Below, piece after piece: positions 34,801-45,656 of a stretch of 47,019 nt of DNA. Position numbers and translations under genes: made by a program. Numbering within the stretch: the first letter of the stretch is position 1; every line of letters starts with the position of its first letter. The notes beneath the pieces were generated by a model, which saw only the letters and a program-made list of their open reading frames with translations, was not told the DNA's origin and ran no database searches. The stretch is from Rhodococcus sp. (in: high G+C Gram-positive bacteria) (lineage in GTDB: Bacteria > Actinomycetota > Actinomycetes > Mycobacteriales > Mycobacteriaceae): the NCBI GenBank assembly GCA_012515885.1, contig JAAYXN010000105.1, forward strand, positions 1 to 47,019, read 5' to 3'.

Positions 34801-37800
34801 TGCGGCGACGCACCAGGTCACCGGTGCGGTACATGCGGGCGCCGGGTTCGCCGTAGGGGTTAGCGATAAAGCGATCTGAGGTGAGGTCAACGCGGCCGAG
34901 GTAGCCGCGCGCCAACTGGACACCGCCCAGGTACAGCTCACCGGGGACTCCGTCAGGCACCGGGTGCAGACGCGAATCAAGAACGTACAGCTGCGTGTTC
35001 CACTCTGGCAGACCGATAGGAACGCTGTGGACGTCGGCGTCGCTGGTGGGCCAGTACGTGACCGAGACCGCAGCTTCGGTGGGGCCGTACAGGTTGTGCA
35101 ACTCGGCGCCCAAGCGGGTACGGAACAGTTCCGCGGTGCGCGGCGGCAATGCTTCACCGACAGCGATTGCCCACTTCAGGGACGTGCACGTGCCACTCGG
35201 CGCTTCGGCGATGAAGACGTCGAGCATCGAGGGGACGAAGTCGGTGGCGGTAACGCGGTAGCGATCGATGACCGCAGCGAGGTATGCGGGGTCGCGGTGA
35301 CCGTCCGGGGTGGCCAACACGACGGGGGTACCGACCTGGAACGGCCAGAAGTAGCCCCACACCGACACATCAAACGTGGTGGCAGTCTTCTGCAAGTAGA
35401 CGTCGTCGTGAGTCAGTCGATATTCGCTTTGAATCCAGATCAGCTGGTTGACGATCGCGCGGTGACTGACCGCTACGCCCTTGGGCTTTCCGGTTGAACC
35501 GGAGGTGTAGATGACGTACGCGGTGTTGTCCGGATGCAGTGCACCCAGGCGCTCCGCATCGGTCAGCGGGGCATCGGTGTAGCTGGAAAGGTCCAGTTCA
35601 TCAACGAACGTCAGCTCCGGCGCAACGTCGATGGCATCGCCGCGGGTAGAGAGCACGCAGGTGGGCTGCGCGGATTCGAGGACGTACCCGACGCGATCAG
35701 CGGGATGGTCAGGATCGACCGGGACGTACGCGCCACCAGCCTTGACGACGGCATACATCGCGACGACGAGGTCGATGCTGCGGCGCATCAACACGGCCAC
35801 CCGAGACTCCGGACCCACACCGCGGTCGATGAGGTAGCGCGCCAAACGTGTAGACGCCGCATCAAACTCAGCGAACGTCAGGCGCTGCGGTTCGGCCGAG
35901 ACCTCACCAAAAATCAGGGCCGACTGATCGGCGAAAGCCTGAGCCGCGTCCGCGAACAGCGACACCAGCGTGCGCGGCGGAATGTCCATGGCCGTCTCGT
36001 TGACGCGCTCCAGCGCCGCGCGTTCGCTGTCACGCAGGACGGCGATGTCGCCGATCACGGTATCGGGGTCGGCAGTGACGGCCGAGAGGATGGTCGCGAA
36101 TCGCTCGGTCAGTGCATCCACGCTCACGTCGTCAAACAGATCGCTCGCGTATGTCCACGTCAGCGCGAGGCCAGCGCTGTCCCCGGAGTCCGTGAAGCGC
36201 TCGGTGACATCGAGCTGGAGATCGAATTTGGCGATAGGCACTTCAATTTCACGTGCCTCGACGGTGAGACCCTCAAGCTCCGCGGCGGTGCGGGGACCAT
36301 TCTGGTAGCTGAGCATCACCTGGAACAGCGGGTGGTGAGCGGTCGAGCGCACTGGGCTCAGAACATCGACAAGCCGCTCAAATGGCACGTCGGTGTTGGC
36401 GAACGCGTGCAAATCGACGTCTTTGACCCGGCCCAACAGCTCAGCAAAGCTATCGCCTGCCGACACCTGGGTGCGCAATGTCGCCGTGTTGACGAACATG
36501 CCGACCAGACGGTCGAGTGCTTCGTCACCGCGGCCCGCGACCGGAGTGCCGACCACAATGTCTTCGCCGCCACCGCAGCGATGCAGCAGCGTCGCAAAGG
36601 CAGCGTGCACCACCATGAACGCGGTGGCACCGTGCTCACGGGCCACCCGCTGGATCAGTGCGTGCGTCTCGGCGCCAAGTTCACGTTCGACTCGTCCACC
36701 GCGGTAGGACATTTCGGCGGGACGTGGTCGATCAGTGGGCAGTTCGATGCTTGTCGGAATCCCCGCGAGGGTCTTCTTCCAGAAATCGATCTGGCGGGCG
36801 GCAACACTGGACTGATCGTCTTCGCTGCCCAACACTGCGTGCTGCCACAGCGTGAAGTCGGAGTACTGAACCGGCAGCGGCTCCCACGCGGGTTCGGCAC
36901 CGGTCAGACGCGCCGAGTAGGCGACCATGATGTCGGTTGCCAGCGGCGCGAGAGACCACCCATCAGCACTGATGTGGTGGACGATGAGCGCCAACACGTG
37001 CGTCTGCGGATCCAGACGCAGCAGGGCCGCACGGAACGGCACCTCGGTAGTGAGGTCAAAGCCGCGCGAGGCCATCGCCGTGACGTGTTCGGTGAGCGGC
37101 GCACTGGTCTCGTCGCCAGAAATATTGACAAGTTCCAGGCCCGGGAACGCCTGAGTTGCGGGCACAACGACCTGACGCGCGCTCTGCTCAGTTTCCGGGT
37201 AGACGGTGCGCAGCGCCTCATGACGATCGACGACGTCAACCAGCGCGCGCTCAAGCGCCGCGATATCAAGATCGCCGGTCAGCCGCAGCGAGATCGGTAG
37301 GTTGTACGCCGGCGATGCTGGATCAAACCGGTTCAGGAACCACATCCGCTGCTGGGCCATCGACAGTGGAATGACCTCGGGCTTGGGACCAGCGATGAGC
37401 TGGGGACGAGCCGGCTCACCGGCGTCGGCCGCTGCGCTGGCGATGCTCGCCAAACCAGCGATGGTGGGATGCTCGAATACGTCGCGGACGGCGATTCGCA
37501 CGCCGAGGGCCGCGTTGATTCGTGATGTCAGCTGTGTCGCCGACAGCGAGCTGCCGCCCAGTTCGAAGAAGTCGGAGTGCACACCGAGCGCATCGATATC
37601 GAGGACGCTGGTGAATACTTCAGCGATCGCTGCTTCTACGGCGTTGCGCGGCGCCGTGGTGTCGGCGTCTTTCGCGGAGAAGTTCGGTGTCGGCAGTGCC
37701 TTGCGGTCAATCTTTCCTGCAGGCGTGAGTGGGAAAGATTCCAGCTCGATGACCGCGGAGGGGACCATGTACCGCGGCAAAATCTCTGCCACATGCTCGA

Positions 37801-40639
37801 TGAGGTCGTCGATGACGATGCGGTCTTCGACGATAAGGGCAGACTGCTCCCCTGCTTCTTCAGCCTTCTCTGCCACCACGTAGGACACGAGACGGGTGGG
37901 ATGGCCGGGAGCGTCGTATCCGATCGAATACGCCCCGCGCACCTTCGGATCGCTCATCAGCGCCGAGTCGACATCGCCCAGCTCGATCCGGAACCCGCGG
38001 ATCTTGACCTGGAAGTCGGTGCGGCCCTGGAACTCCAGGACCTGCCCACCGTCGCGGTCTGTTGACCAGCGAACGAGGTCACCGGTCCGGTACATACGAC
38101 CGGGACCAAAGGGGCTGGCGACGAAACGATCAGATGTTTGCCCGGGTCGCCCCACATAGCCGCGGGCCAGGCTTTGGCCCAGGATGTACAGCTCACCGAC
38201 AACACCGGTAGGCACTGGACGTAGCCGATGGTCGAGCACGGCGAATACTGAGCCGCGCCGAGGGCCACCAATAGAGATGGCTTCGCCGATAGTCATCGGG
38301 ATGGAGCACGACGCGAAGACGGTGGTCTCTGTCGGACCGTACGCATTGAACATTTTGCGGTTCGGTGCCCAACGGCTGACAAGCTCCGGCGGGCACACGT
38401 CTCCACCGACAACCACAATGGCAAGCTCATCAAGCCCGTCCGGTTCGACTGATGCGAGCGCTGCGGGAGTGCAGAATGCGTGCGTGACGCGGTGCTCCGC
38501 GAGCAGCTCATGCAGTTCGGAGCCACCGTAGGTGCTGGTTGGCGCGGCGACCACCGTCGCGCCCGCACCGATGGCCATCATCAGTTCAAGGATGGACGCG
38601 TCGAAACTGGGCGAGGCGAAGTGCAGTGTCCGCGCCTGGTCGGTGATCAGCCAGCGTTCACGCTCATCTGCGGCGAGCGCGGCGAGCCCGCGGTGACTGA
38701 CCGTGACGCCCTTCGGCTTACCGGTCGAGCCCGAGGTGTAGATGATGTACGAAGCATGCTCAAGGCGCAGCGGCGCGGTGCGATCATCGTCATCGAGTGC
38801 GACCGCCGACAGTCGATCAATGGCTGCGCTGACCCGGTCGTCGTCGAGCAGGATCCATTCGACCCAATCGGGCAGATTCGGCCGAATATCACTGGTGGTG
38901 ACACCGACGAGTGCACCGCAGTCCGTGAGCATGTAGTTGATGCGCTCACGCGGATAGGTGGGATCGATCGGGACGAACGCGGCCCCGGACTTGGCGACCG
39001 CCCACGTCGCGCTCACCGAATCCACGGATCGGGGCAGGGCGATAGCAATCGGGGTATCTGGGCAGGCGCCGCGCTCTATCAGTGCTCGGGCAAGCCGGTT
39101 GGTGTTTCGGTCCAGCTCGGGGTAGGTGAGGGTGCGAAACTGGCCGTCGCGACCCGGCGCGATCAGCGCCTCCCCCTCGCCGCCGCGTTCTACTGCCTGT
39201 TCGAGGAGTCGGGGCAGCGTCAGCGGCAATGGCGCGGCGGGGCCAGCTGCGGGCACGCCAGCGCGTTCGGCGATCGTGAGGATCTCTAGGGAGCCGACGG
39301 TGTCGTCGTCGCCCAACGAGAAGAACCCGTCGAGGAAGTCCCGCAGTCGCGCATGGTGGCTTCCGAGTACGTCTTCGGCGTACAGCTCAGGGTTGCCGAT
39401 CAGGTCCAGGTGCAGTGAATTTCCAGCACCCTCGCCGGGGTAGACGTTGACGAGCAGGTCACTGACGTGGCCACTGGAAAGCACACGCAGGCGGCCAACG
39501 ATGTCGCCCACCACCAGTTCGGCATCAAACAGCATGATGTTGACGACAGGACCGAAGTAGCCAGCTTCTGAGCCTGCGTCACGCAGAATGTCCGCGAAGG
39601 GGTACCGCTGGTGGCGCAGCGCGGCGGTAATTTCCATGCGCGCAGCCTCAACCAGCTGGGCCGAAGTGGTCTCTGGCCGGACGGTAAAGCGCAGGGGTAG
39701 GACGTTCGAGACCATGCCGCCGGAGCGACGCAGCAGCGCGGTGGTGCGGGCACTGACCGGCAAGGTCAATACGACGTCCTCGTTACCGGACATGCGGGCC
39801 ATAAAGGCCGCGATTCCCGCGACCATCTCGAAAGCGATGGTCGACTCGCGCCGGGCACGTGCGGCATCGAGGCGCGCAGTGGTGGTATCAGGCAGCTGCA
39901 TGTGGGAGGTCCGCACATCCACATGCGTCGGGGCTTGGCGGTCCGCGATGGTGAAGGATTCGAATCCCTTCTCGATGCGCTCGGACCAGTGCGTCTTGTC
40001 CTTCTCGAAGCGAGTGGACGCGTGGTATTCGGCGTCGATCTCCGCGAGCTTGAGCAGGTCCGCGGCACCGGCGGGTTTGGGTTCTGTCCCGTTCTTGGCT
40101 GCTGTGTACAGCTCTGCTGCGCGGGACATGAAGGTGAACGCGCCCATACCGTCCAGGACGATGTGGTGTGCCCGGCTGTACCAGTAATAGACATCGGATT
40201 CGATGTGCAGCAGCGTCGAAGCGATCAGGCGGTCGGTGAGGATGTCGACGGGGGCCGTGTATTCGGCCTTCATCCACGCCGCTGCGGCTGCGCGCGGGTC
40301 GTTCTCGTCTCGTAGGTCGACGTAGCCGATCCTGGCGTCCAGGTTCGGATCTACGCACTGCCACGGCATGCCGTCTACTTCGACGATGCGTACGAATCCG
40401 GAGCCGAACTCGCGGGCAGCGGTGACCATGGACTCTGAGAGGACCTCGACATCGACCTCGCCGACCAACTCGACGTATTGGGCGATGTTGACGGGAACCT
40501 CAGGCGCGAGCTGCTGAGCGAACCACATGCCGCGCTGTGGGCCGGAGAGTGGGAAAAGCTCGGTGGGGTTGTCATCTCGATCCGCTGCGGAACGCCTGGA
40601 TGCAGAATCGACCACGCCGAGTCGCCTCATTTCCGTCAA
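10817..40639 (-). CDS. Non-ribosomal peptide synthetase, 9 modules: Cstarter-A-T-(C-A-T)x8-TE
   Basis: Nine HHxxxDG, nine (Y/F)TSGSTG(K/L)PKG and nine FF(E/D)LGG(N/S)SL motifs at about 3.2-kb spacing. Terminal thioesterase GWSFGG. No epimerisation domains. Start is TTG 40639 or ATG 40630. Confidence 0.97.
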   Translation of the reverse strand: MTEMRRLGVVDSASRRSAADRDDNPTELFPLSGPQRGMWFAQQLAPEVPVNIAQYVELVGEVDVEVLSESMVTAAREFGSGFVRIVEVDGMPWQCVDPNLDARIGYVDLRDENDPRAAAAAWMKAEYTAPVDILTDRLIASTLLHIESDVYYWYSRAHHIVLDGMGAFTFMSRAAELYTAAKNGTEPKPAGAADLLKLAEIDAEYHASTRFEKDKTHWSERIEKGFESFTIADRQAPTHVDVRTSHMQLPDTTTARLDAARARRESTIAFEMVAGIAAFMARMSGNEDVVLTLPVSARTTALLRRSGGMVSNVLPLRFTVRPETTSAQLVEAARMEITAALRHQRYPFADILRDAGSEAGYFGPVVNIMLFDAELVVGDIVGRLRVLSSGHVSDLLVNVYPGEGAGNSLHLDLIGNPELYAEDVLGSHHARLRDFLDGFFSLGDDDTVGSLEILTIAERAGVPAAGPAAPLPLTLPRLLEQAVERGGEGEALIAPGRDGQFRTLTYPELDRNTNRLARALIERGACPDTPIAIALPRSVDSVSATWAVAKSGAAFVPIDPTYPRERINYMLTDCGALVGVTTSDIRPNLPDWVEWILLDDDRVSAAIDRLSAVALDDDDRTAPLRLEHASYIIYTSGSTGKPKGVTVSHRGLAALAADERERWLITDQARTLHFASPSFDASILELMMAIGAGATVVAAPTSTYGGSELHELLAEHRVTHAFCTPAALASVEPDGLDELAIVVVGGDVCPPELVSRWAPNRKMFNAYGPTETTVFASCSIPMTIGEAISIGGPRRGSVFAVLDHRLRPVPTGVVGELYILGQSLARGYVGRPGQTSDRFVASPFGPGRMYRTGDLVRWSTDRDGGQVLEFQGRTDFQVKIRGFRIELGDVDSALMSDPKVRGAYSIGYDAPGHPTRLVSYVVAEKAEEAGEQSALIVEDRIVIDDLIEHVAEILPRYMVPSAVIELESFPLTPAGKIDRKALPTPNFSAKDADTTAPRNAVEAAIAEVFTSVLDIDALGVHSDFFELGGSSLSATQLTSRINAALGVRIAVRDVFEHPTIAGLASIASAAADAGEPARPQLIAGPKPEVIPLSMAQQRMWFLNRFDPASPAYNLPISLRLTGDLDIAALERALVDVVDRHEALRTVYPETEQSARQVVVPATQAFPGLELVNISGDETSAPLTEHVTAMASRGFDLTTEVPFRAALLRLDPQTHVLALIVHHISADGWSLAPLATDIMVAYSARLTGAEPAWEPLPVQYSDFTLWQHAVLGSEDDQSSVAARQIDFWKKTLAGIPTSIELPTDRPRPAEMSYRGGRVERELGAETHALIQRVAREHGATAFMVVHAAFATLLHRCGGGEDIVVGTPVAGRGDEALDRLVGMFVNTATLRTQVSAGDSFAELLGRVKDVDLHAFANTDVPFERLVDVLSPVRSTAHHPLFQVMLSYQNGPRTAAELEGLTVEAREIEVPIAKFDLQLDVTERFTDSGDSAGLALTWTYASDLFDDVSVDALTERFATILSAVTADPDTVIGDIAVLRDSERAALERVNETAMDIPPRTLVSLFADAAQAFADQSALIFGEVSAEPQRLTFAEFDAASTRLARYLIDRGVGPESRVAVLMRRSIDLVVAMYAVVKAGGAYVPVDPDHPADRVGYVLESAQPTCVLSTRGDAIDVAPELTFVDELDLSSYTDAPLTDAERLGALHPDNTAYVIYTSGSTGKPKGVAVSHRAIVNQLIWIQSEYRLTHDDVYLQKTATTFDVSVWGYFWPFQVGTPVVLATPDGHRDPAYLAAVIDRYRVTATDFVPSMLDVFIAEAPSGTCTSLKWAIAVGEALPPRTAELFRTRLGAELHNLYGPTEAAVSVTYWPTSDADVHSVPIGLPEWNTQLYVLDSRLHPVPDGVPGELYLGGVQLARGYLGRVDLTSDRFIANPYGEPGARMYRTGDLVRRRKDGAIDYIGRTDFQVKFRGQRIELGEIEAVLRSHDAVTGAAVLVHSDSGTGDHLIAYVVRNDSAGPDMDGDADAAERVAQLRAHASTQLPVYMLPSVIIELGEFPLNPSGKLDRKALPAPTFGGSDREYIAPRTDGEQAVAAVFSDVLGTRDVSATDSFFDLGGNSLSATRVISRLREQLGANVALRDLFDSPTVETLARVVEAGDGAGETATTPLTSRERPAQIPLSAPQQRVWFLNQYDTSNPVHNLPLAVRFQGSLDTDALRSALADVLARHESLRTIFPGTDSGPIQQILEPTQALESGFTLDHVEVDASSVESAVLEFVLRGFDVTTELPVRARLLQTGADEYVLAIVLHHIASDGWSFAPLARDVMVAYAARAQGSVPAWEPLPVQYADYTLWQHELLGDESEKSSRSARELAYWKGALEGLPDVLELPADRPRPAVASGRGASFSVEIPADVHAAMARIGKDHSASTFMVAHAALSVVLSRLSATEDIAVGTPVAGRSDQALDDLVGMFVNTLVLRAQVDPSASFAQLLSQVRSTDLAAFSHAEVPFERLVDALSPVRSTAHSPLFQVALFFQNHAHAEFTLPDLTIATVPLMPDVSPFDLQVILSNTEVTSGGDAGPITAQFNYATDLFDESTVRGFADQFVAALTAATADPARVVGDIELADTSAHNDELARWNDTAHEAPRGTLPSLFADQVARSPHAPALISGELMADGAPQRVLSFAEFDAASTRLARHLIESGVGPESRVAVLMRRSIDLVVAMYAVVKAGGAYVPVDPDHPADRVGYVLESAGPDCVLTTATDNIDGLDVPAPFILTDSLDLSGYNDAPITDADRTAPLREDNTAYVIYTSGSTGKPKGVAVTHRAIVNQLAWIQDEYALSGADVYLQKTATTFDVSVWGYFWPHQVGCSVVLATADGHRDPEYLATVIDRLGVTATDFVPSMLDVFIAEAPQDTCASLKHVLVIGEALPPRTAELFRGRWNAGLHNLYGPTEAAVSVTYWETTDADVTTVPIGVPQWNTQLYVLDSRLHSVPAGVPGELYLGGVQLARGYLGRVDLTSDRFVANPFTPGARMYRTGDLVRRRKDGALEYIGRTDFQVKFRGQRIELGEIEAVLRSHEAVTGAAVLVYSDEATGDHLVAYVVTADAVDAEELRAHASEKLPVYMLPSVITSLDEFPLNPSGKLDRKALPAPTFTATDREYTAPRTDAERAVAAVFGEVLHLEQVGATDSFFDLGGNSLNATRVVSRVRAEFDTDFAVRDLFENPTVAAIAARISGVDADTVIRPKLVRAERPEVLPLSAAQQRMWFLNRFDPESAVYNLPFGVRFTGELNVSALAAAVADVITRHESLRTVFPEVDGTPRQVILEPSAAASALSADEVATEQLPSALVTFFSGGFDVTTQVPLRVRVLRITDIPAGEAPQHILALVVHHIAGDGWSAGPMIRDVITAYAARVAGQAPAWEPLPIQYADYALWQRELLGDAADPESLTTQQISYWRDALAGAPAELELPVDRPRAAAASFRGGHHDVEISPELHRALTQLGREHGASFFMVAHSALALLLSRLTGSADITIGTPVAGRGERELDDLIGMFVNTLVLRTQVDGGASFAQLLAQVRDTDLAAYAHADVPFEQLVDALDPPRATGRHPLFQVMLTLQNHEQPRLELGDLSVEALDTVIDVEKFDLSVTLAERTAGNGEPDGIHAQFSYAADLFDHDTVVALADRFLAVLDTIVSDAAANETGTPVGDFALLTSAENSAITGFNATGVDLPDLDLVTLFATTASDFASKTAVVAGEESLTYAQFDARVNSLSRFLIDRGVTPGSLVAVAIRRSVDMLVAVYAVQRVGAGYVPIDPDQPAERIRHILDVAAPSLVLARTQDGTDLVSFELAGLGRSGGVSVVDLDQIDLSVAPPAPVQVAIAPDDIAYVIFTSGSTGKPKGVAVSHRSIVNRLLWMQAEHDLTTSDVVIQKTPVTFDVSVWELFWPLLVGAQLVIAAPDAHRDPKALASLITEHAVTTAHFVPSMLAVFTAEPTAQQCTTLRQVFTSGEALTTQHAQQFRALLPVTALHNLYGPTEAAVDVTYWAVDGREQSIPIGHPVWNTQLHVLDGRLQPVPAGVAGELYLAGAQLAQGYVSRSDLTADRFIANPFTPGARMYRTGDLVRRRRDGALEYIGRTDFQVKLRGQRIELGEIEAALLTHPDLAQAAVTIYTDSRGEQSLVAYVVGAAAPAALSEHVGQKVPSYMVPTHYVALDAFPLSASGKLDRRALPEPEIGVSTAAYVAPRTLQENAVADVFSDVLGHSPVGALDNFFELGGNSLSATKVIARLSSALDTDVALRDLFEYPTVQALAGRIADAERGARTRPELVAAQRPDELPLSAAQQRIWFLNRFDTQAPTYNLPFAVRFTGDLDIAAMTVALGDVLGRHESLRTIYPERDGRAVQVIVPAAEAAASLDVVDVKASELENKLVEFASRGFDVTSELPVRSALFRLAADSGSAEHSEYLLTIVLHHIAADGWSFGPLARDVVSAYAARAARRRPEWTALPVQYADYALWQQHVLGTDSDPDSVAAQQLNYWTGQLAGAPEELQLPADRPRPAESSFRGGRVLFELDAALHHDLLDLGRGAGATLFMVVHAALSTLLGRLAATDDVVIGTAVAGRGDQKLDDLVGMFVNTLAIRTPVIDSDSFEAHLARTRATALTAFANADVPFERVVEAIDPTRSRSRHPLFQVALSMQDSVPTEFTMADVAVRVEDLDPGVAKFDLQFTLAERRDEQGTAAGIHAEIAYAHDLFDETTAADLGARLTRLLEAVARDPQRVVGDIDILSEHERAALVPVRGGASAPTRTLADIFADAAVNPAAPAIIHGRSDVEHVVTYGELDSHTTRLARALIAAGVGPETFVAVAVPRSLESVTAAWAVAKTGAAFVPIDPRHPAERIAHMISDSAPTIGLTIRAHVDALPSSIPWLILDDPQTLAVLFAQPDEAITDADRTAPLLPAHTAFVIYTSGSTGLPKGVSVTHTGIANVVAEQSARFHLSPQVRALHVTSPSFDASVYDYLLAAGGGGTLIIAPEDVFGGPELAALIRRRRVSHAFVTPTALASMDPEGIDTLQYVTIGGEAWGADLARTWAAERGLFNGYGPAEATMMVTISDAVTVDGPTDIGGPIPAVSAMVLDQRLRPVPVGVPGELYVSGPALARGYHRRFGLTAERFVANPYSGAGERMYRTGDVVRWGVGTDGAHVLEYVGRSDFQVKIRGLRVELGEIDARLAEHSAVGFATTLTHTLPNGTTALVSYVRAVPGESITVPELTSFVAQALPSHMVPSSITVLDEIPRTPVGKLDRDRLPEPVFERTTTFRAPTTAIEAAVVGIFAEVIGTDQAIGLDDDFFDLGGNSLSATQVVARVGQAQGTRVSVRTLFDHPTVGAFAQALVAAGNGRQRPALTDRARPKQLPLSAAQQRMWFLNRLDPTSAAYNIPLVLQLSGRVNVTKLREALLDVMNRHETLRTVFPSTGVDGAPQAVVRPVSAITISDVPTDATDNLEDQILEVVSRGFDVATEVPVRAHMFRQSRSEHVLVLVLHHIAADGWSLRPLVTDVMAAYAARINGTAPEWAPLPVQYVDYALWQQELLGSEKDPQSLLSEQIGFWRQALADAPVELELPTDRPRPVAPSFRGGRVDIDVDAATHASTAALARQHGASMFMVNHAVLALLLSRLSGSSDISVGTAVAGRGEQELDGLIGMFVNTVVLRTQIDTGASFADVLSGSREVALSAFAHTDVPFEQLVEALDPPRSTSVTPLFQVMLGMETFGRDSQSSLQLAGIEVTPITELPAVAKFDLQVNISERFDDAGEPAGMTMQWTYAQDLFDHATVTRFADRYTQLLGALIADPETIAHDVNLMDTDETAALTQFNATDVDVPDETIVTRFAQSVAQFPQHTAVRFAGTSLTYAQFDAQVNTLARVLIAHGVQPGALVAVAMERSITMLAALYAVHRVGAGYVPIDPSHPADRIEHILATAQPSLMLTARSTESDAVPVPDAADLPVLDLTDTDLSSYTGDRVVVDIDPNSIAYVIFTSGSTGKPKGVAVSHRSVAKRFRWLDSRFGLNAQDVALQKAPITFDASVTELFWPLLVGASVVIAKPEGHKDPAYLVDLICRENVTFAQFVPSMLAVFTAEPSAPQCTSLRMVFTGGEALTRAQAQAFTSVSAATLQNLYGPTEATVDLVSWTVDANAPGAIPIGLPAWNTQLHVLDDRLQPVPVGTRGELYLAGVQLAQGYVARPDLTADRFVANPFAPGTRMYRTGDLVRRRGDGALEYVGRSDFQVKLRGQRIELGEIEAALLTHDSVSQAAVVVHTDSRGEQSLIAYLVAAPDSALAAQNPAGIATVVTPHLSGVLPSYMVPTHYVALDAFPLNPSGKLDRKALPQPQVGTSTAEFVAPQTAEEQAVAAVFAEVLGVDQVGALDNFFELGGNSLSATKVIARLVATLGTDVALRDLFEHSTVRALASQIDIADAVATRAPLVKQERPARIPLSSAQQRMWFLNQFDTASAAYNIPVALELTGPLNTSALVAALGDVVERHETLRTVFPDDGSGPRQVIVDTDAALGTALAGMQAGDTTDDGDLTARVEAFLTAGFDVAREVPFRAALFAVDRDRHVFAFVAHHISSDGASTTPLVRDVLAAYVARVAGAAPQLPELSVQYADYALWQREILGDENDQDSLAARQIAYWRDQLADAPEQLELPADRTRPAVPSLGGDVVRFAIDEATANQLREVGRAHGASTFMAIHAALSVVLSRLSGSSDIAVGTAIAGRGERELDDLVGMFVGTLALRTQVRPEATFAELLRHTTSTDLDAFANADVPFERLVEVLDLSRSTAHHPVFQVALGVNEGPAELGGVIELGELRATALTPQSVAAKFDLHLTLTATESGFAGELVYATDLFDEATATAFTERFQRVLTSALAHPDTRIGDIDVLSEAEYRDLTGRAGAASAPPVTLVEILRAAVAANPDGEAVRVSGTSGSNSTSGSHSISYRKLDERSNQLARVLVDRGVGPESRVALALPRSLESILAIWAVAKTGAAFVPVDPGYPADRIEHMVSDSRAHIGVTLGAHASTLPSTIRWIVLDEVGATAQRDAESAAALTDTDRMAPIQLGHIAYVIYTSGSTGKPKGVAVTHTGLANLVTDERELLSVDKSSRTLHFASPSFDASVFEILMALSAGATIVIAPQSIYGGDELADVLRREAVTHAFATPAALASVDHRGLEHVRTVVVAGDVCPPELVARWAPGRAMFNAYGPSEATIMSSITAPLVAGEPVSIGGPSRGVTALVLDAQLHPVPVGVAGELYVAGVALARGYLERPELSAERFIANPFGDDGQRMYRTGDLVRWRADGTLDFVGRTDHQVKIRGFRIELGEIDAALTAHTDVDFALTVGYDGAGGMTQLVSYVLPAPEATVTAAELSAFVGERLPAYMVPASITVLAELPLTPAGKLDRRALPEPQFIRRESVAPRDDRERAIAAIFEDLLSITEVGATDSFFELGGNSLVATQVVSRIELALSVRIAVRDVFEHPTVEELAALVQQSAAAGASAEAASANREPLVPQERPEQIPLSLAQQRMWFLNQFDTSSPSYNLPVAMKMTGQVDVAALRGAVADVIARHESLRTRYPDSDSGPYQVIVDADAAAVELTPVATTQADLLGAVTEFAMRGFDVTTQVPLRVQLFDVTDTPDADTTDTFVFVLVAHHISGDGWSLAPLARDVMLAYAARREGNAPTWEPLPVQYADYSLWQRKVLGSEDDPQSLISTQIDYWTKTLAGLPDQLSLPSDRPRPPVASGRGGHIDFTIDAATHQRLLAVSREHQASLFMVMHAAFSVLLARLSGERDIAIGAPIAGRGERALDDLVGMFVNTLVLRTDVDEHATFSDLLAQARSVSFDAFSHQDLPFERLVEIINPVRSSAYHALFQVALSFQNLGKTRFELPELAVEGLELDTDVSNFDLHLTLTEQTNDGGEPDVIAAQLTYARDLFDESTVRGFISQFTRIVTAIAEDPATCVGDIELLAPDDCAEIVESVNDTARSLPPATLSDLVRDAAARYPNEIALSFEGIDLSYAQFDQFVEDLAARLRTIGVGPEVLVGLAMHRSLELMIAMHAIVRAGGAYLPIDLDHPAERINYVLDTAAPRCVLTTSRDGFTHADIEVLEVDKVETLPQPSRQSAVAAAPDNTAYVIFTSGSTGKPKGVAVSHAAAANQMRWKQHRYPLAPGDGLVQKTPITFDLSVWELFWPLISGARMVIARPDGHRDPAYLAALMREQNITTAHFVPSLLDAFLATENAADQPALRQVLCIGENLSADTAARFHQAFGGNVTLHNLYGPTEAAVSVTAWQTSATDTGTVSIGAPEWNTTTYVLDRRLKPVAVGVAGELYLGGEQLARGYFARPELTAERFVANPFSNTDAGERLYRTGDLVRWRRVEGDKLVLEYLERADFQVKVRGFRIELGEIETALLAHHSVDQAAVTVYTDAHGQQSLVAYVSGSETAETAQLRQHLSAHVPAYMVPHHFVTLDALPLSVNGKLDRRALPAPELGDTSEYREPATPSERIVANVFADVLGVDKVGADAGFFELGGNSLIATRVMSRLSEATGKAVELRTLFEAPTVAELAARLDHAAGASTRPPLRATQRPERLPLSLAQQRLWFLNRLDPSSAADNIPVAVQLRGNLDVTALRSAVDDVLERHESLRTLYPDDAHGPHQVIVSASEVPVYGERTTVAALHSTLAELFTQPFDVAAEVPVRVRLIQVTDAPEPMHVLALVIHHISADGWSAGPMVRDVMAAYSAHVAGQAPTWEPLPVQYADYALWQRELLGDESDPESLIAQQITFWQNALAGAPAELELPTDRPRPVEATYAGGTVKTELDAKTHAAMSELARHSGTSVFMVAHAALSALLARLSGSSDITIGTPVAGRGERELDDLIGMFVGTLVLRTPIDFGQSFTGLLEQVREIDLDAFAHADLPFERVVEAVDPPRSTGRHPLFQVMLTFQNHEQPTLTLGGLEVSGVDVDVPVAKFDLQLTLVEKFTDDGAPDGITAHWTYASDLFDESTVAVFAGRFRVLARALATNPAMPVGDVNLLAPKEQAALTASNATEVSIPDATLVSLFADAAARHRDQPAVTFGDTTLTYGEFDARVNAMAAQLIEHGVTPGSLVAVAMRRSIEMLTAMYAVQRAGAGYVPIDPDHPVERISHILETATPALVLVREVNPRTIPTSAPVINIDTLTLTPVAERVAVACSPADVAYVIFTSGSTGKPKGVAVTHGAIVNRLLWMQSEYQLTADDVVVQKTPVTFDVSVWELFWPLQVGARLAIAAPDAHRDPARLAAMILEQGVTTAHFVPSMLSVFTAEPSAARCTSLRQVFASGEALPVDTAHTFTELLPNARLYNLYGPTEAAVDVTSWAVDGAEEHSIPIGHPVWNTQAHVLDARLRRVPVGVVGELYLAGVQLAQGYVARPDLTADRFVANPLAPGTRMYRTGDLVRRLRDGALEYVGRSDFQVKLRGQRIELGEIEAALLTHEDITQAAVTVHTDERGEQSLVAYVVADVDSALPADTGALPTYVSERVPSYMVPAHYVVLDTFPLSPSGKLDRKALPAPEIGVSTATYVAPRTAAEFTIATAFATVLDVERVGILDNFFDLGGNSLLATSVARSVSESLGTEFPLQWMFTDPTPQSLGRRVQQSMTDGVLDSGGAFDVVLPIRPRGEESPLFCVHPFVGLAWSYAGLSQELRTSRPIIGLQSPVLTGEPEPPSIVEYASRYVREVRAIQPHGPYHLAGWSFGGVIAHEMAVQFQELGEEVAILGIFDSYVDIDQEQYGSQDVSVADLLAGFGVDPAAATALIGESLSDELLTSEAFQPELVAQLLVGVEGPLGALTAEQLGRIYAAATSTVGLLGDHQPGLYTGDVTFFEAGLDEAVHPAPQRSWAPYIHGNLAVHRVPATHWTMTTPDSLAAIAPALDPAPSSTTPGSDDRTAAWK

Positions 40640-40918
40640 GGGCCACGCGCTTGCGCGGCCACCACTGCCTACAACTTCCCGTTACCGCCGCACTGAGTCG
40701 GCGAATCGCTACTACCGCGCTGAGTCGGTGCAACTGCGATGAAGGCAATACGGCAAAGCGCGCTGTACGGATGTAACCCGCCAGCACGCTTAGGCCTGCC
40801 CTCTCAGGGATCTATCGACTTCAACTTCACAGTTGTTTCACGCATCCCAACATTCGAGATTTGGGCTCGAGCTGCGGACTTACCGCACTCTACGCGACGT
40901 CTATGATTCAAGAACGAG

Positions 40919-41707
40919 CTACTTGCGGGCAAATCGCTTCAGCTTGGACATCCGACTATCGATGCCCCAGCGAGCTACTTTGAGGAACGCCTCATTGATG
41001 ATTCCGCCACTCATCTTCGATTCGCCGACAGTGCGCTCAGTGAAGGTGATCGGGACTTCCCGCACGACGAAACCCTGCTGCAGGGTGCGCCATGCCAGGT
41101 CAACCTGGAAGCAGTAGCCGTGCGACTCGATGGTCTCCAGCGGCAACTTCTCCAACACTTCCCGCCGGAACGCGCGGTAGCCGCCGGTGATGTCCTTAAC
41201 TTTGACGCCCAAGGCAAGGCGCGAGTAGATATTTCCGCCACGTGAGAGGAACTCGCGACGTTTGGGCCAGTTCACAACACTGCCGCCCGGAACATAGCGA
41301 GAACCCAACACCAGATCGGCTCCGGCGTCGACTTCGTCGAGGAGTCGGTTCAGTTGTTCTGGAGCGTGGCTGCCGTCCGCATCCATTTCCACGATGACCG
41401 TGTAGCCACGCTCAAGCCCCCACCTGAAACCGGAGATGTAGGCAGCGCCGAGGCCGTTCTTCTCGGTGCGGTGCATCGCGTGAATGCGCTGCTGCGGATC
41501 AGCCGCGACCAGTTCGTCAGCAACCTGGCCGGTGCCATCAGGGCTGCCGTCATCGACGATGAGGATGTGGGCGGTCGGCCTAGCGGCCTGGACGCGTCCC
41601 ACGATCATGGTGATGTTCTCGCGCTCGTTGTACGTCGGAATGATGACGAGGGTCCGCGCGCTGGGAACTTCTCCAGTCGGGCTCGCAGGCGTGTGCTCCG
41701 AGGGCAT
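40919..41707 (-). CDS. ppm1: Polyprenol monophosphomannose synthase (GT2)
   Basis: [37 protein letters not shown] and FTER--GESKMS motifs. Lies downstream of lnt. Confidence 0.95.
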   Translation of the reverse strand: MPSEHTPASPTGEVPSARTLVIIPTYNERENITMIVGRVQAARPTAHILIVDDGSPDGTGQVADELVAADPQQRIHAMHRTEKNGLGAAYISGFRWGLERGYTVIVEMDADGSHAPEQLNRLLDEVDAGADLVLGSRYVPGGSVVNWPKRREFLSRGGNIYSRLALGVKVKDITGGYRAFRREVLEKLPLETIESHGYCFQVDLAWRTLQQGFVVREVPITFTERTVGESKMSGGIINEAFLKVARWGIDSRMSKLKRFARK

Positions 41708-41778
41708 CAGGATCCTCCCCGCCGGTTTCCCGGCATTCCTAAGTCAAGGCCGGGTAGTCCGGCACGTGTCGAGACCGG

Positions 41779-43392
41779 TTACCCGGCGTTTACGGTGCGT
41801 CGCGTCCGGGCGGACGCGACGATGATGGCGCAGAACGCGACGAAGCACATAACGTACTCCGGCCACGCGCCGAGCCGACTAGCCAGAGTAGTACCTTCGC
41901 GCAGCGGCAAATTCTCGACTACCGCGGCAGGTACGAAAAGGTCGGTTTGTTCGATGACCGATCCGTCCGGTCCGATGATGGCGCTGACCCCACTGGTTGC
42001 GGCAACAACAACGGCTCGACCATGCTCAACGGCCCGAACCCGCGACATAGCTAACTGTTGATACGTCATTTCTGTGTCACCGAACGTGGCGTTGTTGGTG
42101 GGGACCGCGAGGATCTGCGCCCCGGATCGGATCGAGGCCGCGAAAGCCCGGTCGAACGCAACCTCGTAACACGTCGCAACACCGATCGTCACGCCCGCCG
42201 CAGTCACCGTCCCGTCACCGTTGCCAGGCACAAAATAGCCAGCACGCTCGGCATACTCCGAAAATAAGGCGAAAAAGTCGCGGTAGGGCAGGTATTCGCC
42301 GAAAGGTTGGATTATCCGCTTGTCGTGCCGATCCCCCGGCCCGCTCTCGCCATCCCAGACGATGACCGAGTTAGTGGTGGTTCGCACACCATCCTCAGTT
42401 GGTGCGTTGACGAGCACAGAACCGACAAGAATCGGAGCCTTAATTGCGGTGGCCGCCCGGCTGATATCGGCTGCCGCGTCGGCGTTGCGCAGCGGATCAA
42501 TATCGGAGGCGTTCTCCGGCCACACCACGACGTCAGGCTGGGGCGCGGTACCTGCTGCGACCTCATCAGCCAGTTCGATCGTGCGGGCGACATGGTTATC
42601 GAGCACCTGTTTGCGCTGAGCATTAAAGTCCAAGCCCAGCCGCGGCACGCTCCCCTGGATCGCCGCGACCGTGACACGGTCCTCTCCCCCAGCGTCTGAA
42701 ACTGATGAATCGTCGGCAGCGCTCGGCAACGTAGGTATCAGCGCAATGCCCACCACCGGCGCAATCACGAAGGCGGCAACTGCTCCCGCGAAGGCGCGGC
42801 TAAAGCGCAGTTCCAGCGCAATCCAGGCCAATCCACTGCCACATAGCGCCACCGCGAACGTCAAGAGCGGTGCCCCGCCCACCGACGCGATCGACAGAAA
42901 CCAGCCTTCTGATTGCCCGAAAGCCAGGCGCCCCCACGGGAACCCGCCAAAAGGCACGCTTGAGCGCAGCCATTCAGTGGCCACCCACAGCGTCGCTATC
43001 CACCAGGGAGCGCCAGGCAAGCGCGCCAGCACAATCACCAGTAAGCCGAACAGGCCAATAAACAGCGCTTCGAAAGAGGCCAGAGCAATCCACGGGAAAG
43101 GCCCAACGAACTCCCCCACCCACGGCAACAGGGGAAGGAGAAATCCCAGCCCCGCGAGGTAGCCGTAGCCGAATCAGGCACGCAGTGCCCGCCCGCCATG
43201 CGGAAGCCAACCGAGGGTCGGTGGATCCTCAGCACGGGATCGAGTCACCAGCACCCACACCAGCAGGGCGATGCCGACGGGCGCGAGGAACCACAGGGGA
43301 CGCGGCGGAAAGCTCAGGAACAGAAGGAAACCTGCGGCAAGGGAAACGAGCGATCGAAGAGCGATCGCGCGGCCGCCAGATTCAGCGTTCAT
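41779..43392 (-). pseudogene. lnt: Apolipoprotein N-acyltransferase interrupted by an in-frame TGA at 43174-43176
   Basis: One reading frame from ATG 43392: MNAE...LSFPPRPLWFLAP...RALRA*FGYGYLAGLGFLLPLLPWVGEFVG. The catalytic E-K-C motifs (WPEN, DKRIIQPFGEY, TCYEVAFD) are intact downstream. Confidence 0.85.
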
Positions 43393-44980
43393 AGACGACG
43401 ACACCGCGGTGAACTGATTGACGCAGCACCGGCCACGTCGACGCCGGGTCCAGCTGCGGCAACGCGGGAACACGTGAGCGTGGATCCGTCGACCAACGCT
43501 GAACAGAATCCTTCGGAGCGCTCACCACGAGTTCGCCGGTATCCCAAATCGCGTACGAAGCGGGAGCGCCGGGGGTGAGTGTGCCCGCCATACCGTCACG
43601 GACGCCACCTGCCCGCCACGCACCGCGCGTGGCTGCGGCGAACGCTGCCCGCGGTGAAATCCCGCTGCCCTCAGTGTGGTGGTGGACAGCGGCGGACACC
43701 ATCGCCCAGGGACTGACCGCGGTGACCGGAGTATCTGAGCCGAAAGCCAACGAAACTCCCGCCGCGGCAAGAGCAGCAAAGTTATTGAGCGTCTGCGCGC
43801 GGTCAGCTCCGAGCCGCTGCTCGTAGAGTTCGCCGGGCGCCCCCCACTGGGCGTCGAATCCCGGCTGCATGCTTGCGATGACGCCACAGGAGGCGAAGAA
43901 CTTCGCTTGATCGCGCGTCATCATTTCGGCGTGCTCGATGCGGTGACCCCGCGCCGCGATAGCCGGTGACCCCAATTCCTCTGCCGCACGGGCGAACCCC
44001 TGCGCCAAAGCGGTCATTGCCGCGTCTCCGATCGCATGGAACCCGGCTTGCACCCCTACCTGGGTGCATGCGATGACGTGGTCTGCAATCTCATCAACGT
44101 CGAGGTAGCTGGCACCGCAGGTGTGCGGTGCGTCCGTATACGGCTCGTGCAGCAGCGCGGTGTGGGAACCGAGAGCGCCGTCAACGAACAGGTCGCCGCC
44201 CAGAGCCACCGCCCCCGTCTCCGCCAGAACCGCGCGCGCCGCCACATCGTCTTTGACAGCCTGGCCCCAATAGCCGCGGACCTCAACGGGATGCTCACAC
44301 CCCAAAAGCTCCCTAAAGTCATCGAGCCCGCCGATCTCTGGACCACCACACTCATGCACCGCGACAATGCCCTGCGCGGCGAAGCTATCGAGCGCAGCAG
44401 CCCGCGCACGAGCCCGCTGCGAGGCGTCAACCAGAGAACGTGCCGCCGCCCGCACCAGATGATGCGCGTCAGTGCGTAGCGGCCCCTGCGCGTCGTATCC
44501 ATCAGCGCCGATCAGGCTGGGAACATCTATCCGAAGCGCGGACGATGCAGCCGCCGAATGCACATCTATCCGCGCCAGGTACACGCGGCGACCAGGAGCA
44601 ACACGGTCAAGATCGTCCGTGGTGGGTGGCTGCGCCACCGGCCATCGGGACTCATCCCAGCCATGCCCCCAAATAATGGCGTCTGGGTGGGCGGCAGCGT
44701 AGTCCTGCACTAAGTCCAAGCAGTGCTCAAGCGAGGTCGTATCGGCAAGATTGAGACCGATCAACGCCAACCCGAGCGAAGTGACATGCACGTGCGTGTC
44801 CACAAAAGCGGGGGTGACAAAACCACCCTCCAGATCGATGACCACCGCATCTGGGTGCAGCGCGCGTCCGGCACGCTCGTCGCCAACCCACACCACCGTG
44901 CCGTCAGTGACTGCTATCGACGTGGCATCGGGAGCGAACGAACTATAAATGCGACCACCGATGAAGAGTTGCGTACTCAC
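43382..44980 (-). CDS. Amidohydrolase family 3 protein (Rv2052c-like)
   Basis: PAFVDTHVH, DGALGSHTA, FHAIGD, HRIEHAE and FGSDTPV motifs. Syntenic between fxsA and lnt. Confidence 0.92.
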   Translation of the reverse strand: MSTQLFIGGRIYSSFAPDATSIAVTDGTVVWVGDERAGRALHPDAVVIDLEGGFVTPAFVDTHVHVTSLGLALIGLNLADTTSLEHCLDLVQDYAAAHPDAIIWGHGWDESRWPVAQPPTTDDLDRVAPGRRVYLARIDVHSAAASSALRIDVPSLIGADGYDAQGPLRTDAHHLVRAAARSLVDASQRARARAAALDSFAAQGIVAVHECGGPEIGGLDDFRELLGCEHPVEVRGYWGQAVKDDVAARAVLAETGAVALGGDLFVDGALGSHTALLHEPYTDAPHTCGASYLDVDEIADHVIACTQVGVQAGFHAIGDAAMTALAQGFARAAEELGSPAIAARGHRIEHAEMMTRDQAKFFASCGVIASMQPGFDAQWGAPGELYEQRLGADRAQTLNNFAALAAAGVSLAFGSDTPVTAVSPWAMVSAAVHHHTEGSGISPRAAFAAATRGAWRAGGVRDGMAGTLTPGAPASYAIWDTGELVVSAPKDSVQRWSTDPRSRVPALPQLDPASTWPVLRQSVHRGVVVYER

Positions 44981-44998
44981 AGTGATCCAGTGTGCCCG

Positions 44999-45556
44999 TC
45001 ACGGCAGCATGCGTCGCTCACCGGGGCGGGAAGAATCCGAAAATCCTTCTCGACGAGAGAACGAATCGCCCTCCGTGCGCGTCGGGTTGTCCACGAACTC
45101 GGTATCAATCACGTCCCCATCGATGACGTCGCCGCCGCCAGCGCGTCCGCGGTAGAAGTTGCCACCTACCCGACCAGCAGTACTAGCTCCCGCAACGACC
45201 ATGGCGGCTTTGCGTCCACCCACGAAGACCGCGAGCGGGCGAACAATGCGCCGAGTCGGGGGCAGCAAGAACACCAGGGCCAGCGCCGAGGTCACCAACC
45301 CGGGAACGAGCATCAACACCGACCCGATTGCAACCAGTGCACCGTCAGCAACCGCTGAGCCGGCGTCACCGCGCCCCTGCGACGCATTGCGGAAGCCTCG
45401 GACCACGCTTTGCCACTGCGTGCGGATCAAAATCAGACCCACCGCCATTCCCGCGAGGATAAGCAAGATTGTCCAACCCACCCCGATGAGGTTTCCGACG
45501 ACGATCAGCGCCGTCACTTCGACAATGACATAGAGCAGAAATAGCACGGCAAACAT
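44999..45556 (-). CDS. fxsA: FxsA-family membrane protein
   Basis: Hydrophobic N-terminus with E..IG...T, L--PGL-TS--LLPPTR and C-terminal VIDGDVID. Mycobacterial synteny. Confidence 0.9.
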   Translation of the reverse strand: MFAVLFLLYVIVEVTALIVVGNLIGVGWTILLILAGMAVGLILIRTQWQSVVRGFRNASQGRGDAGSAVADGALVAIGSVLMLVPGLVTSALALVFLLPPTRRIVRPLAVFVGGRKAAMVVAGASTAGRVGGNFYRGRAGGGDVIDGDVIDTEFVDNPTRTEGDSFSRREGFSDSSRPGERRMLP

Positions 45557-45590
45557 GTGGGCCTCTTCCTTGAGCGGCGTACATCTTCAT

Positions 45591-45618
45591 CAACGAACCG
45601 AGCCGCGAAAATGCTCCC
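45591..45618 (-). promoter_or_regulatory. SigE/SigH-type promoter of the fxsA operon
   Basis: Minus strand GGGAGC-N17-CGTTG (one mismatch to GGGAAC), about 35 nt upstream of the fxsA start. Confidence 0.6.
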
Positions 45619-45656
45619 AGATCGGACACCAATTTTGCTGCGCAGCACCGGTTCGT

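Noticed and set aside
37541-37570. T1 motif GGSSL as an inactive carrier domain
   Set aside because: The phosphopantetheine Ser before Leu is retained. Only the preceding residue differs.
10915-40575. Many overlapping and antisense ORFs inside the NRPS (e.g. 35534-37300, 588 aa)
   Set aside because: They are typical high-GC shadow frames that repeat with the module period and carry no independent motifs.
43174-43176. Selenocysteine codon or frameshift in lnt
   Set aside because: Both parts are in the same frame. The position fits Gly in a membrane segment rather than the catalytic Cys, which is normally encoded downstream.
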